64,000 nt of DNA from the human T2T-CHM13v2.0 reference genome, Homo sapiens: assembly GCF_009914755.1 (NCBI RefSeq), contig NC_060933.1; one strand, given 5' to 3'. The notes under the pieces are model-generated. The model had not been told where the DNA came from, searched no databases, and worked only from the letters and a program-made list of their open reading frames with translations. Position 1 is the stretch's first letter. The number at the start of each line of letters is the position of its first letter. Positions 30,690 to 45,800 of the stretch are shown piece after piece. The position numbers and the translations under genes were made by a program.

Positions 30690-32720
30690 TTCCATTACAT
30701 TCGGATTGATTCTTTTCAACTTCCTTACTCTCCATTACATTCCATTCCATTCGGATTGTTCCATTCCATTCCATTCCATTCCACTCCATTCCATTGCACT
30801 CGTGTTGATTCCATTCCATTCCATTGCATTCCATTCCGGATGATTCCATTCCATTGCATTCCGTTCCATTACATTCCCCTGCACTCGGGTTGATTCCATT
30901 CCATTCCATTCCATTCCATTCCATTCCATTCCATTCCATTCCATTCCATTCCCCTGCACTCGCGTTGATTCCATTCCATTCCATTCCATTCCATTCCATT
31001 CCATTCCATTCCTTTCCATTCCAGTCCTTTCCATTCCATTCCACTCGGGTTGATTCCATTCTATTAGTTTCCATTCCATTCCATTCCCTTCCATTCCACT
31101 CTGGTTGATTCCATTCCTTTCCATTCCACTGGAATACATTCCCTCCTATTCCACTCGGAACGATTCCATTCCATTCCATTCCATTCCATTCCATTCCATT
31201 CCATTCCATTCCATTTCGTTCCATTCCATTCTATTCCGTATCATTCCATTCCATTCCATTCCACTCGTGTTGATTTCATTCCTTTCCATTCCATTCGGTT
31301 TGAAGGCATTCCATTCCATTCCATTCCATTCCATTCCAGTCCATTCCATTCCATTGTACTCGGGTTGATTCCATTCCATTGCATTCCATTCCATTCCATT
31401 CCATTCCATTCCGTTGCATTCCATTCCATTTCATTCGGATTGATTCTATTCAACTCCCTTACTCTCCATTACATTCCATTCCATTCGGGTTGTTCCATTC
31501 CATTCCGTTCCATTCCACTCCATTCCATTGCACTCGGATTGATTCCATTCCATTCCATTCCATTCCATTCCATTCCATTCCATTCCATTCCATTCCATTC
31601 CGGATGATTCCATTCCATTGCATTCCGTTCCATTACATTCCCCTGCACTCGGGTTGATTCCATTCCATTCCATTCCATTCCATTCGATTCCATTCCATTC
31701 CATTCCATTCCATTCCATTCCATTGCATTCGGATTGATTCTTTTCAACTTCCTTACTCTCCATTACATTCCATTCCATTCGGATTGTTCCATTCCATTCC
31801 ATTCCATTCCACTCCATTCCATTGCACTCGGGTTGATTCCATTCCATTCCATTGCATTCCATTCCGGATGATTCCATTCCATTGCATTCCGTTCCATTAC
31901 ATTCCCCTGCACTCGGGTTGATTCCATTCCATTCCATTCCATTCCATTCCATTCCATTCCATTCCATTCCATTCCATTCCCCTGCACTCGCGTTGATTCC
32001 ATTCCATTCCATTCCATTCCATTCCATTCCATTCCATTCCTTTCCATTCCAGTCCTTTCCATTCCATTCCACTCGGGTTGATTCCATTCTATTAGTTTCC
32101 ATTCCATTCCATTCCCTTCCATTCCACTCTGGTTGATTCCATTCCTTTCCATTCCACTGGAATACATTCCCTCCTATTCCACTCGGAACGATTCCATTCC
32201 ATTCCATTCCATTCCATTCCATTCCATTCCATTCCATTCCATTTCGTTCCATTCCATTCTATTCCGTATCATTCCATTCCATTCCATTCCACTCGTGTTG
32301 ATTTCATTCCTTTCCATTCCATTCGGTTTGAAGGCATTCCATTCCATTCCATTCCATTCCATTCCAGTCCATTCCATTCCATTGTACTCGGGTTGATTCC
32401 ATTCCATTGCATTCCATTCCATTCCATTCCATTCCATTCCGTTGCATTCCATTCCATTTCATTCGGATTGATTCTATTCAACTCCCTTACTCTCCATTAC
32501 ATTCCATTCCATTCGGGTTGTTCCATTCCATTCCGTTCCATTCCACTCCATTCCATTGCACTCGGATTGATTCCATTCCATTCCATTCCATTCCATTCCA
32601 TTCCATTCCATTCCATTCCATTCCGGATGATTCCATTCCATTGCATTCCGTTCCATTACATTCCCCTGCACTCGGGTTGATTCCATTCCATTCCATTCCA
32701 TTCCATTCGATTCCATTCCA
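30690..32720 (+). repeat. 1028-bp near-identical tandem duplication (2 copies)
   Basis: Private variants recur at exactly +1028: TCTTTTCAACTTCC 30711/31739, CGGATTGTTCC 30752/31780, CCACTGGAATAC 31126/32154, CCAGTCCATTCC 31336/32364. Identical ORF pairs, e.g. 30824-31108 vs 31852-32136. Confidence 0.92.
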
Positions 32721-35700
32721 TTCCAATTCTTTCCATTCCATTCTATTCCGTACCATTCCATTCCATTGCATACAATTCCATTCCATTCCATTCCACTCCG
32801 TTCCGTTCCGTTCCGTTCCATTCCGTTCCATTCCATTCCATTCCATTCTATTCGGTTTAATTCCATTCCATTCCATTCCATTCCATTCCATTCCATTCCA
32901 TTCCATTCTATTACATTCCATTGCAATCGATTTGAATCCATTGCATTCCATTCCATTCCATTCCATTCCATTCCGGAAGATTCCATTCCATTGCATTCCA
33001 TTCCATTCCATTCCATTCCATTCCATTCCATTCCATTCCATTCCATTGCATTCCATTGTACTCGGGTTGATTCCATTCCATTGCATTCCATTCCATTCCA
33101 TTCCATTCCATTCCATTCCATTCCATTCCGTTCCACTCCATTCCGTTACATTCGGATTGATTCTTTTCAACTCCCTTACTCTCCATTACATTCCATTCCA
33201 TTCGGGTTGTTCCATTCCATTCCATTCCATTCCACTCCATTCCATTGCACTCGGGTTGATTCCATTCCATTCCATTCCATTCCATTCCGGATGATTCCAT
33301 TCCATTGCATTCCTTTCCATTACATTCCCCTGCACTCGGGTTGATTCCATTCCATTCCATTCCATTCCATTCGATTCGATTCCATTCCCCTGCACTCGCG
33401 TTGATTCCATTCCATTCCATTCCATTCCATTCCATTCCATTCCATTCCTTTCCATTCCAGTCTTTTCCATTCCATTCCACTCGGGTTGATTCCATTCTAT
33501 TAGTTTCCATTCCATTCCATTCCCTTCCATTCCACTCTGGTTGATTCCATTCCTTTCCATTCCACTCGAATACATTCCCTCCTAATCCACTCGGAACGAT
33601 TCCATTCCATTCCATTCCATTCCATTCCATTCCATTTCGTTCCATTCCATTCTATTCCATATCATTCCATTCCATTCCATTCCATTCCATTCCATTCCAT
33701 TCCATTCCACTCGTGTTGATTCCATTCCTTTCCATTCCATTCGGTTTGAAGGCATTCCATTCCATTCCATTCCATTCCATTCCATTCCATTGTACTCGGG
33801 TTGATTCCATTCCATTGCATTGCCTTCCATTCCATTCTATTCCATTCTGTTCCATTCCATTCCATTCCGTTCCATTCCATTCCATTACATTCGGATTTAT
33901 TCTATTCAATTCCCTTACACTCCATTACATTCCATTCCATTCGGGTAGTTTCCATTCCATTCCATTAAATTCCTCTCCATTCCATTGCACTCGGGTTGAT
34001 TCCATTACATTGCATTCCATTCCATTCCATTCAATTCCATTCCGTTCCATTCCATTCCATTCCATTCGGATTGATTCTATTCAACTCCCTTACTCTCCAT
34101 TACATTCAATTCCTTTCGGGTTGTTCCATTCCATTCCATTCCATTCCACTCCATTCCATTGCACTCGGGTTGATTCCATTCCATTCCATTCCATTCCATT
34201 CCGGAAGATTCCATTCCATTGCATTCCATTCCATTCCATTCCCCTGCACTCGCGTTGATCCCATTCCATTCCATTCCATTCCATTCCATTCCATTCCATT
34301 CCTTTCCTTTCCATTCCATTCCATTCCATTCCATTCCATTCCATTCCAATCCACTGCATTCCGTTCCGTTCCGTTCCATTCAATTCCATTCCATTCTATT
34401 CGGGTTAATTCCATTCCATTCCATTCGATTGCAATCGAGTTGATTCCATTCCATTCTATTCCATTCCATTCCATTCCTTTCCATTCCAGTACGGATGATT
34501 CCATTCCATTGCATTCCATTCCATTCCATTCCCCTGTACTCGGGTTGATTCCATTCCATTCCATTCCAATCCATGCCATTCCACTCGTGTTGATTCCATT
34601 CTTTCCATTCCATTCAAGTTGAATCCATTCCATTGCATTCCATTCCATTCCATTACCCTGCAGTCGGGTTGATTCCATTCCATTCCATTACATTACATTA
34701 CATTCCATTGCATTCCGTTCCGTTCCATTCCATTCCATTCCATTCTATTCGGGTTAATTCCATTCCATTCCATTCCATTCCAATCGAGTTGATTCCATTC
34801 CATTCCATTCCATTCCACTCCATTCCAGTCCTTTCCATTCCACTCCACTCGGGTTGATTCCAATGTATTCCTTTCCATTCCATTCCATTCCATTGCAATC
34901 GAGTTGATTCCATTGCTTTGCATTCCATTCCATTCCATTCCCCTGCAGTCGGGTTGATTCCATTCCATTCCATTCCATTCCATTCCATTCCATTCCATTC
35001 CGGATGATTCCATTCCATTGCATTCCGTTCCATTACATTCCCCTGCACTCGGGTTGATTCCATTCCATTCCATTCCATTCCATTCGATTCCATTCCATTC
35101 CAATTCTTTCCATTCCATTCTATTCCGTACCATTCCATTCCATTCCATACAATTCCATTCCATTCCATTCCACTCCGTTCCGTTCCGTTCCGTTCTGTTC
35201 CGTTCCATTCCATTCCATTCCATTCTATTCGGTTTAATTCCATTCCATTCCATTCCATTCCATTCTATTCCATTCCATTGCAATCGAGTTGAATCCAGTG
35301 CATTCCATTCCATTCCATTCCATTCCATTGCATTCCATTCCATTCCATTCCATTCCATTCCATTCCATTCCATTCCATTCCATTGTACTCGGGTTGATTC
35401 CATTCCATTGCATTCCATTCCATTCCATTCCATTCCATTCCATTCCGTTCCATTCCATTCCATTACATTCGGATTGATTCTTTTCAACTCCCTTACTCTC
35501 CATTACATTCCATTCCATTCGGGTTGTTCCATTCCATTCCTTTCCATTCCACTCCATTCCATTGCACTCGGGTTGATTCCATTCCATTCCATTCCATTCC
35601 TTTCCGGATGATTCCATTCCATTGCATTCCGTTCCATTACGTTCCCCTGCACTCGGGTTGATTCCATTCCATTGCTTTCCATTCCATTCGATTCCATTCC

Positions 35701-37559
35701 ATTCCCCTGCACTCGCGTTGATTCCATTCCATTCCATTCCTTTCCATTCCATTCCATTCCATTCCTTTCCGTTCCATTCCATTCCACTCCATTCCATTCC
35801 GTTCCGTTCCATTCCATTCCATTCCATTCTATTCGGGTTAATTCCATTCCATTCCATTCGATTGCAATCGAGTTGATTCCATTCCATTCCATTCCATTCC
35901 ATTCCATTCCATTCCATTCCAGTCCTTTCCATTCCTTTCCATTCCATTACTGATGATTCCATTCCATTGCATTCCATTCCATTCCATTCCCCGGTACTCG
36001 GGTTGATTCCATTCCATTCCATTCCAATCCATGCCATTCCACTCGTGTTGATTCCATTCTTTCCTTTCCATTCAAGTTGAATCCATTCCATTGTATTCCA
36101 TTCCATTTGATTCCATTCGATTGCACTCGGGTTGATTCCATTACAATGCATTCCATTCCATTCCATTCCATTCCATTCCATTCCCTTCCATTCCACTCTG
36201 GTTGATTCCATTCCTTTCCATTCCACTCGAATACATTCCCTCCTATTCCACTCGGAACGATTCCATTCCATTCCATTCCATTCCATTCCATTCCATTCCA
36301 TTCCATTCCATTCCATTTCGTTCCATTCCATTCTATTCCGTATCATTCCATTCCATTCCATTCCATTGCATTCCATTCCATTCCATTCGATTCCATTGTA
36401 CTCGGGTTGATTCCATTCCATTGCATTCCATTCCATTCCATTCCATTCCACTCCGTTGCATTCCATTCCATTACATGCGGATTGATTTTATTCAACTCCC
36501 TTACTCTCCATTACATTTCATTCCATTGGGGTTGTTCCATTCCATTCCATTCCATTCCACTCCATTCCATTGCACTCGGGTTGATTCCATTCCATTCCAT
36601 TCCATTCCATTCCATTCCATTCCATTCCATTCCGGATGATTCCATTCCATTGCATTCCGTTCCATTACATTCCCCTGCAGTCGCGTTGATTCCATTCCAT
36701 TCCATTCCATTCCATTCAATTCCATTCCATTACAATTCGTTCCATTCCATTCTATTCCGTACCATTCCATTCCATTCCATAGCATTCCATTCCATTCCAT
36801 TTCATTCCATTGCATTCCATTCCATTCCATTCCTTTCCATTCCAATATGGATGATTCCATTCCATTGCATTCCATTCCATTCCATTCCCCTGTACTCAGG
36901 TTGATTCCATTCCATTTCATTCCAATCCATGCCATTCCACTCGTGTTGATTCCAATCTTTGCATTCCATTCAAGTTGAATACATTCCATTGCATTCCATT
37001 CAATTCGATTCCATTCGATTGCACTCGGGTTGATTCCATTCCATTGCATTCCATTCCATTCCTTTCCATTCCATTCCATTCCGTTCCATTCCATTACTTT
37101 ACATTCGGATTGATTCTATTCAATTCCCTTACACTCCATTCCATTCCATTCCATTCGGGTAGTTTCCATTCCATTCCATTCCATTCCATTCCTCTCCATT
37201 CCATTGCACTCGGGTTGATTCCATTCCATTGCATTCCATTCCATTCCATTCAATTCCATTCCGTTCCATTCCATTCCATTACATTCGGATTGATTCTATT
37301 CAACTCCATTACTCTCCATTACATTCCATTCCATTCGGGTTGTTCCATTCCATTCCATTCCATTCCACTCCATTCCATTGCACTCGGGTTGATTCCATTC
37401 CATTCCATTCCATTCCATTCCATTCCATTCCACTCCATTCCGGAAGATTCCATTCCATTCCATTCCATTCCATTCCATTCCATTCCATTCCTATCCGTTC
37501 CATTCCATTCCATTCCATTCCAATCCATTCCATTCCGTTCCGTTCCGTTCCGTTCCATT

Positions 37560-40500
37560 CCATTCCATTCCATTCTATTCGGGTTAATTCCATTCCATTC
37601 CATTCGATTGCAATCAAGTTGATTCCATTCCATTCCATTCCATTCCATACCATTCCATTCCTTTCCATTCCATTACGGATGATTCCATTCCATTGCATTC
37701 CATTCCATTCCATTCCCCTGTACTCGGGTTGATTCCATTCCATTCCATTCCAATCCATGCCATTCCACTCGTGTTGATTCCATTCTTTCCATTCCATTCA
37801 AGTTGAATCCATTCCATTGCATTCCATTCCATTCCATTCCCCTGCAGTCGGGTTGATTCCATTCCATTCCATTCCATTCCATTCCATTCCATTCCATTCC
37901 GTTCCGTTCCATTCCATTCCATTCCATTCTATTCGGGTTAATTCCATTCCATTCCATTCCATTCCATTCCAATCGAGTTGATTCCATTCCATTCCATTCC
38001 ATTCCATTCCACTCCATTCCAGTCCTTTCCATTCCATTCCACTCGGGTTGATTCCAATGTATTCCTTTCCATTCCATTCCATTCCATTGCAATCGAGTTG
38101 ATTCCATTGCTTTGCATTCCATTCCATTCCATTCCATTCCGGTTGATTCCATTCCATTGCATTCCATTCCATTCCATTCCCCTGCACTCGGGTTGTTTCC
38201 ATTCCATTCCACTCCATTCCGTTCCATTCCATTCCATTCCATTGTATTCGGGTTAATTCCATTCCATTCCATTCCATTCCATTCCATTCCATTACAATCG
38301 AGTTGATTCCATTCCATTCCATTCCATTCCAGTCCTTTCCATTCCATTCCACTCGGGTTGATTCCATTCTATTAGTTTCCATTCCATTCCATTCCCTTTC
38401 ATTCCACTCTGGTTGATACCATTCCTTTCCATTCCACTCAAATACATTCCCTCCTATTCCACTCGGAACGATTCCATTCCATTCCATTCCATTCCATTCC
38501 ATTCCATTCCATTCCATTTCGTTCCATTCCATTCTATTCCGTATCATTCCATTCCATTCCATTCCATTCCATTCCATTCCATTCCATTGCATTCCATTGT
38601 ACTCAGGTTGATTCAATTCCATTGCATTCCATTCCATTCCGTTCTATTCCATTCCATTACATTCGGATTGATTCTATTCAACTCCCTTACTCTACATTAC
38701 ATTACATTCCATTCGGGTTGTTCCATTCCATTCCATTCCATTCCACTCCATTCCATTGCACACGGGTTGATTCCATTCCATTCCATTCCATTCCATTCCA
38801 TTCCATTCCATTCCATTCCATTCCGGATGATTCCATTCCATTGCATTCCGTTCCATTACATTCCCCTGCACTCGCGTTGATTCCATTCCATTCCATTCAA
38901 TTCCGTTCCATTACAATTCGTTCCATTCCATTCTATTCCGTACCATTCCATTCCTTTCCATACCATTCCATTCCATTCCATTCCATTCCATTCCGTTCCA
39001 TTCCGTTCCATTCCATTCCATTCCATTCTATTCGGATTAATTCCATTCCATTCCATTCCATTCCATTCCATTCTATTCCATTCCATTGCAATCGAGTTGA
39101 ATCCATTGCATTCCATTCCATTCCATTCCATTCCATTCCGGAAGATTCCATTCCATTGCATTCCATTCCATTCCATTCCCCTGCACTCGCGTTGATTCCA
39201 TTCCATTCCATTCCATTCCATTCCATTCCGTTCCGTTCCATTCCATTCCATTCCATTCTATTCGTGTTAATTCCATTCCATTCCATTCGATTGCAATCGA
39301 GTTGATTCCATTCCATTCTATTCCATTCCATTCAATTCCATTCCATTCCTTTCCATTCCATTACGGATGATTCCATTCCATTGCATTCCATTCCATTCCA
39401 TTCCCCTGTACTCGGGTTGATTCCATTCCATTCCATTCCAATCCATGCCATTCCACTCGTGTTGATTCCATTCTTTCCATTCCATTCAAGTTGAATCCAT
39501 TCCATTGCATTCCATTCCATTCCATTCCCCTGCAGTCGGGTTGATTCCGTTCCCTTCCATTCCATTCCATTCCATTCCATTCCGTTCCGTTCCGTTCCAT
39601 TCCATTCCATTCCATTCTATTCGGGTTAATTCCATTCCATTCCATTGCATTCCATTCCAATCGAGTTGATTCCATTCCATTCCATTCCATTCCATTCCAC
39701 TCCATTCCAGTCCTTTCCATTCCATTCCACTCGGGTTGATTCCAATGTATTCCTTTCCATTCCATTCCATTCCATTGCAATCGAGTTGATTCCATTGCTT
39801 TGCATTCCATTCCATTCCATTCCATTCTGGATGATTCCATTCCATTGCATTCCATTCCATTCCATTCCATTCCATTCCATTCCATTCCGTTCCATTCCAT
39901 TCCATTACATTCGGATTGATTGTATTCAATTCCCTTACACTCCATTACATTCCATTCCATTCGGGTAGTTTCCATTCCATTCCATTCCATTCCTCTCCAT
40001 TCCATTGCACTCGGGTTGATTCCATTCCATTGCATTCCATTCCATTCCATTCCATTCCATTCCGTTCCATTCCATTCCATTACATTTGGATTGATTCTAT
40101 TCAACTCCCTCACTCTCCATTACATTCCATTCCATTCGGGTTGTTCCATTCCATTCCATTCCATTCCACTCCATTCCATTGCACTCGGGTTTATTCCATT
40201 CCATTCCATTCCATTCCATTCCAATCCATTCCATTCCTTTCCGTTCCGTTCCATTCCATTCCATTCCATTCTATTTGGGTTAATTCCGTTCCATTCCATT
40301 CGATTGCAATCGAGTTGATTCCATTCCATTCTATTCCATTCCATTCCATTCCATTCCATTCCTTTCCATTCCATTCCATTACGGATGATTCCATTCCATT
40401 GCATTCCATTCAATTCCATTCCCCTGTACTTGGGTTGATTCCATTGCATTCCATTCCAATCCATGCCATTCCACTCGTGTTGATTCCATTCTTTCCATTC

Positions 40501-41290
40501 CATTCAAGTTGAATCCATTCCATTGCATTCCATTCCATTCCATTCCCCTGCAGTCGGGTTGATTCCATTCCATTCCATTCCATTCCATTCCATTCCATTC
40601 CGTTCCGTTCCATTACATTCCATTCCATTCTATTCGGGTTAATTCCATTCCATTCCATTCCATTCCATTCCAATCGAGTTGATTCCATTCCATTCAATTC
40701 CATTCCATTCCACTCCATTCCAGTCCTTTCCATTCCATTCCACTCGGGTTGATTCCAATGTATTCCTTTCCATTCCATTCCATTCCATTGCAATCGAGTT
40801 GATTCCATTGCTTTGCATTCCATTCCATTCCATTCCATTCCGGATGATTCCATTCCATTGCATTCCATTCCATTCCATTCCCCTGCACTCGGGTTGATTC
40901 CATTCCATTCCACTCCATTCCGTTCCATTCCATTCCATTCCATTGTATTCGGGTTAATTCCATTCCATTCCATTCCATTCCATTCCATTACAATCGAGTT
41001 GATTCCATTCCATTCCATTCCATTCCAGTCCTTTCCATTCCATTCCACTCGGGTTGATTCCATTCTATTAGTTTCCATTCCATTCCATTCCCTTCCATTC
41101 CACTCTGGTTGATACCATTCCTTTCCATTCCACTCGAATACATTCCCTCCTATTCCACTCGGAACGATTCCATTCCATTCCATTCCATTCCATTCCATTC
41201 CATTCCATTTCGTTCCATTCCATTCTATTCCGTATCATTCCATTCCATTCCATTCCATTCCATTCCATTCCATTCCATTCCATTCCATTC
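37560..41290 (+). repeat. About 3.7 kb direct repeat, copy 1 (partner 42860-46580)
   Basis: Shared rare variants: GCAATCAAGTTG, CCGGTTGATTCC, GGGTTGTTTCC, TCTACATTACATTAC (38691/43988), TTCCGTTCCCTTCC, CTGGATG (39827/45104), GTACTTGGG (40426/45703). ORF pairs are offset by 5277-5307 bp. Confidence 0.88.
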
Positions 41291-42859
41291 CATTGTACTC
41301 GGGTTGATTCAATTCCATTGCATTCCATTCCATTCCATTCCGTTGCATTCCATTCCATTACATTCGGATTCATTCTATTCAACTCCCTTACTCTCCATTA
41401 CATTCCATTGCACTCGGGTTGATTCCATTCCATTCCATTCCATTCCATTCCATTCCATTCCATTCCGGATTATTCCATTCCATTGCATTCCATTCCATTA
41501 CATTCCCCTGCACTCGCGTTGATTCCATTCCATTCCATTCCATTCCATTCCATTCCATTCCGTTCCATTCCGTTCCATTCCGTTCCATTCCATTCCATTC
41601 CATTCTATTCGGATTAATTCCATTCCATTCCATTCCATTCCATTCTATTCCATTCCATTGCAATCGAGTTGAATCCATTGCATTTCATTCCATTCCATTC
41701 CATTCCGGAAGATTCCATTCCATTGCATTCCATTCCATTCCATTCCCCTGCACTCGCGTTGATTCCATTCCATTCCATTCCATTCCATTCCATTCCGTTC
41801 CGTTCCGTTCCATTCCATTCCATTCCATTCCATTCCGTTCCGTTCCATTCCATTCCATTCCATTCCATTCTATTCGGGTTAATTCCATTCCATTCCATTC
41901 GATTGCAATCGAGTTGATTCCACTCCATTCCATTCCATTCCATTCCATTCCATTCCTTTCCATTCCATTACGGATGATTCCATTCCATTGCATTCCATTC
42001 CATTCCATTCCCCTGTACTCGGGTTGATTCCATTCCATTCCATTCCAATCCATGCCATTCCACTCGTGTTGATTCCATTCTTTCCATTCCATTCAAGTTG
42101 AATCCATTCCATTGCATTCCATTCCTTTCGATTCCATTCTATTGCACTCGGGTTGATTCAATTCCATTGCATTCCATTCCATTCCATTCCATTCCATTCC
42201 GTTGCATTCCATTCCATTACATTCGGATTGATTCTATTCAACTCCCTTACTCTCCATTACATTCCATTCCATTCGGGTTGTTCCATTCCATTCCATTCCA
42301 TTCCACTCCATTCCATTGCACACGGGTTGATTCCATTCCATTCCATTCCATTCCATTCCATTCCATTCCATTCCATTCCGGATGATTCCATTCCATTACA
42401 TTACCCTGCACCCGCGTTGATTCCATTCCATTCCATTCCATTCAATTCCATTCCTTTACAATTCGTTCCATTCCATTCTATTCGGTACCATTCCATTCCA
42501 TTCCATACCATTCCATTCCATTCCATTCCATTCCATTCCGTTCCATTCCGTTCCATTCCATTCCATTCCATTCTATTCGGGTTAATTCCATTCCATTCCA
42601 TTCCATTCCATTCCATTCCATTCTATTCCATTCCATTGCAATCGAGTTGAATCCATTGCATTTCATTCCATTCCATTCCATTCCATTCCATTCCGGAAGA
42701 TTCCATTCCATTGCTTTCCATTCCATTCCATTCCCCTGCACTCGCGTTGATTCCATTCCATTCCATTCCATTCCATTCCATCCATTCCGTTCCGTTCCGT
42801 TCCATTCCATTCCATTCCATTCCATTCCATTCCATTCCATTCCGTTCCGTTCCATTCCA

Positions 42860-45800
42860 TTCCATTCCATTCCATTCTATTCGGGTTAATTCCATTCCAT
42901 TCCATTCGATTGCAATCAAGTTGATTCCATTCCATTCCATTCCATTCCATACCATTCCATTCCTTTCCATTCCATTACGGATGATTCCATTCCATTGCAT
43001 TCCATTCCATTCCATTCCCCTGTACTCGGGTTGATTCCATTCCATTCCATTCCAATCCATGCCATTCCACTCGTGTTGATTCCATTCTTTCCATTCCATT
43101 CAAGTTGAATCCATTCCATTGCATTCCATTCCATTCCATTCCCCTGCAGTCGGGTTGATTCCATTCCATTCCATTCCATTCCATTCCATTCCATTCCATT
43201 CCGTTCCGTTCCATTCCATTCCATTCCATTCTATTCGGGTTAATTCCATTCCATTCCATTCCATTCCATTCCATTCCAATCGAGTTGATTCCATTCCATT
43301 CCATTCCATTCCATTCCACTCCATTCCAGTCCTTTCCATTCCATTCCACTCGGGTTGATTCCAATGTATTCCTTTCCATTCCATTCCATTCCATTGCAAT
43401 CGAGTTGATTCCATTGCTTTGCATTCCATTCCATTCCATTCCATTCCGGTTGATTCCATTCCATTGCATTCCATTCCATTCCATTCCCCTGCACTCGGGT
43501 TGTTTCCATTCCATTCCACTCCATTCCGTTCCATTCCATTCCATTCCATTGTATTCGGGTTAATTCCATTCCATTCCATTCCATTCCATTCCATTCCATT
43601 ACAATCGAGTTGATTCCATTCCATTCCATTCCATTCCAGTCCTTTCCATTCCATTCCACTCGGGTTGATTCCATTCTATTAGTTTCCATTCCATTCCATT
43701 CACTTTCATTCCACTCTGGTTGATACCATTCCTTTCCATTCCACTCGAATACATTCCCTCCTATTCCACTCGGAACGATTCCATTCCATTCCATTCCATT
43801 CCATTCCATTCCATTCCATTTCGTTCCATTCCATTCTACTCCGTATCATTCCATTCCATTCCATTCCATTCCATTCCATTCCATTCCATTCCATTGTACT
43901 CAGGTTGATTCAATTCCATTGCATTCCATTCCATTCCGTTCTATTCCATTCCATTACATTCGGATTGATTCTATTCAACTCCCTTACTCTACATTACATT
44001 ACATTCCATTCGGGTTGTTCCATTCCATTCCATTCCATTCCACTCCATTCCATTGCACACGGGTTGATTCCATTCCATTCCATTCCATTCCATTCCATTC
44101 CATTCCATTCCGGATGATTCCATTCCATTGCATTCCGTTCCATTACATTCCCCTGCACTCGCGTTGATTCCATTCCATTCCATTCAATTCCGTTCCATTA
44201 CAATTCGTTCCATTCCATTCTATTCCGTACCATTCCATTCCTTTCCATACCATTCCATTCCATTCCATTCCGTTCCATTCCGTTCCATTCCATTCCATTC
44301 CATTCTATTCGGATTAATTCCATTCCATTCCATTCCATTCCATTCCATTCTATTCCATTCCATTGCAATCGAGTTGAATCCATTGCATTCCATTCCATTC
44401 CATTCCATTCCATTCCGGAAGATTCCATTCCATTGCATTCCATTCCATTCCATTCCCCTGCACTCGCGTTGATTCCATTCCATTCCATTCCATTCCATTC
44501 CATTCCGTTCCGTTCCATTCCATTCCATTCCATTCTATTCGTGTTAATTCCATTCCATTCCATTCGATTGCAATCGAGTTGATTCCATTCCATTCTATTC
44601 CATTCCATTCCATTCCATTCCATTCCTTTCCATTCCATTACGGATGATTCCATTCCATTGCATTCCATTCCATTCCATTCCCCTGTACTCGGGTTGATTC
44701 CATTCCATTCCATTCCAATCCATGCCATTCCACTCGTGTTGATTCCATTCTTTCCATTCCATTCAAGTTGAATCCATTCCATTGCATTCCATTCCATTCC
44801 ATTCCCCTGCAGTCGGGTTGATTCCGTTCCCTTCCATTCCATTCCATTCCATTCCATTCCGTTCCGTTCCGTTCCATTCCATTCCATTCCATTCTATTTG
44901 GGTTAATTCCATTCCATTCCATTGCATTCCATTCCAATCGAGTTGATTCCATTCCATTCCATTCCATTCCATTCCACTCCATTCCAGTCCTTTCCATTCC
45001 ATTCCACTCGGGTTGATTCCAATGTATTCCTTTCCATTCCATTCCATTCCATTGCAATCGAGTTGATTCCATTGCTTTGCATTCCATTCCATTCCATTCC
45101 ATTCTGGATGATTCCATTCCATTGCATTCCATTCCATTCCATTCCATTCCATTCCATTCCATTCCGTTCCATTCCATTCCATTACATTCGGATTGATTGT
45201 ATTCAATTCCCTTACACTCCATTACATTCCATTCCATTCGGGTAGTTTCCATTCCATTCCATTCCATTCCTCTCCATTCCATTGCACTCGGGTTGATTCC
45301 ATTCCATTGCATTCCATTCCATTCCATTCAATTCCATTCCGTTCCATTCCATTCCATTACATTTGGATTGATTCTATTCAACTCCCTTACTCTCCATTAC
45401 ATTCCATTCCATTCGGGTTGTTCCATTCCATTCCATTCCATTCCACTCCATTCCATTGCACTCGGGTTTATTCCATTCCATTCCATTCCATTCCATTCCA
45501 ATCCATTCCATTCCGTTCCGTTCCGTTCCATTCCATTCCATTCCATTCTATTTGGGTTAATTCCGTTCCATTCCATTCGATTGCAATCGAGTTGATTCCA
45601 TTCCATTCTATTCCATTCCATTCCATTCCATTCCATTCCTTTCCATTCCATTCCATTACGGATGATTCCATTCCATTGCATTCCATTCAATTCCATACCC
45701 CTGTACTTGGGTTGATTCCATTGCATTCCATTCCAATCCATGCCATTCCACTCGTGTTGATTCCATTCTTTCCATTCCATTCAAGTTGAATCCATTCCAT

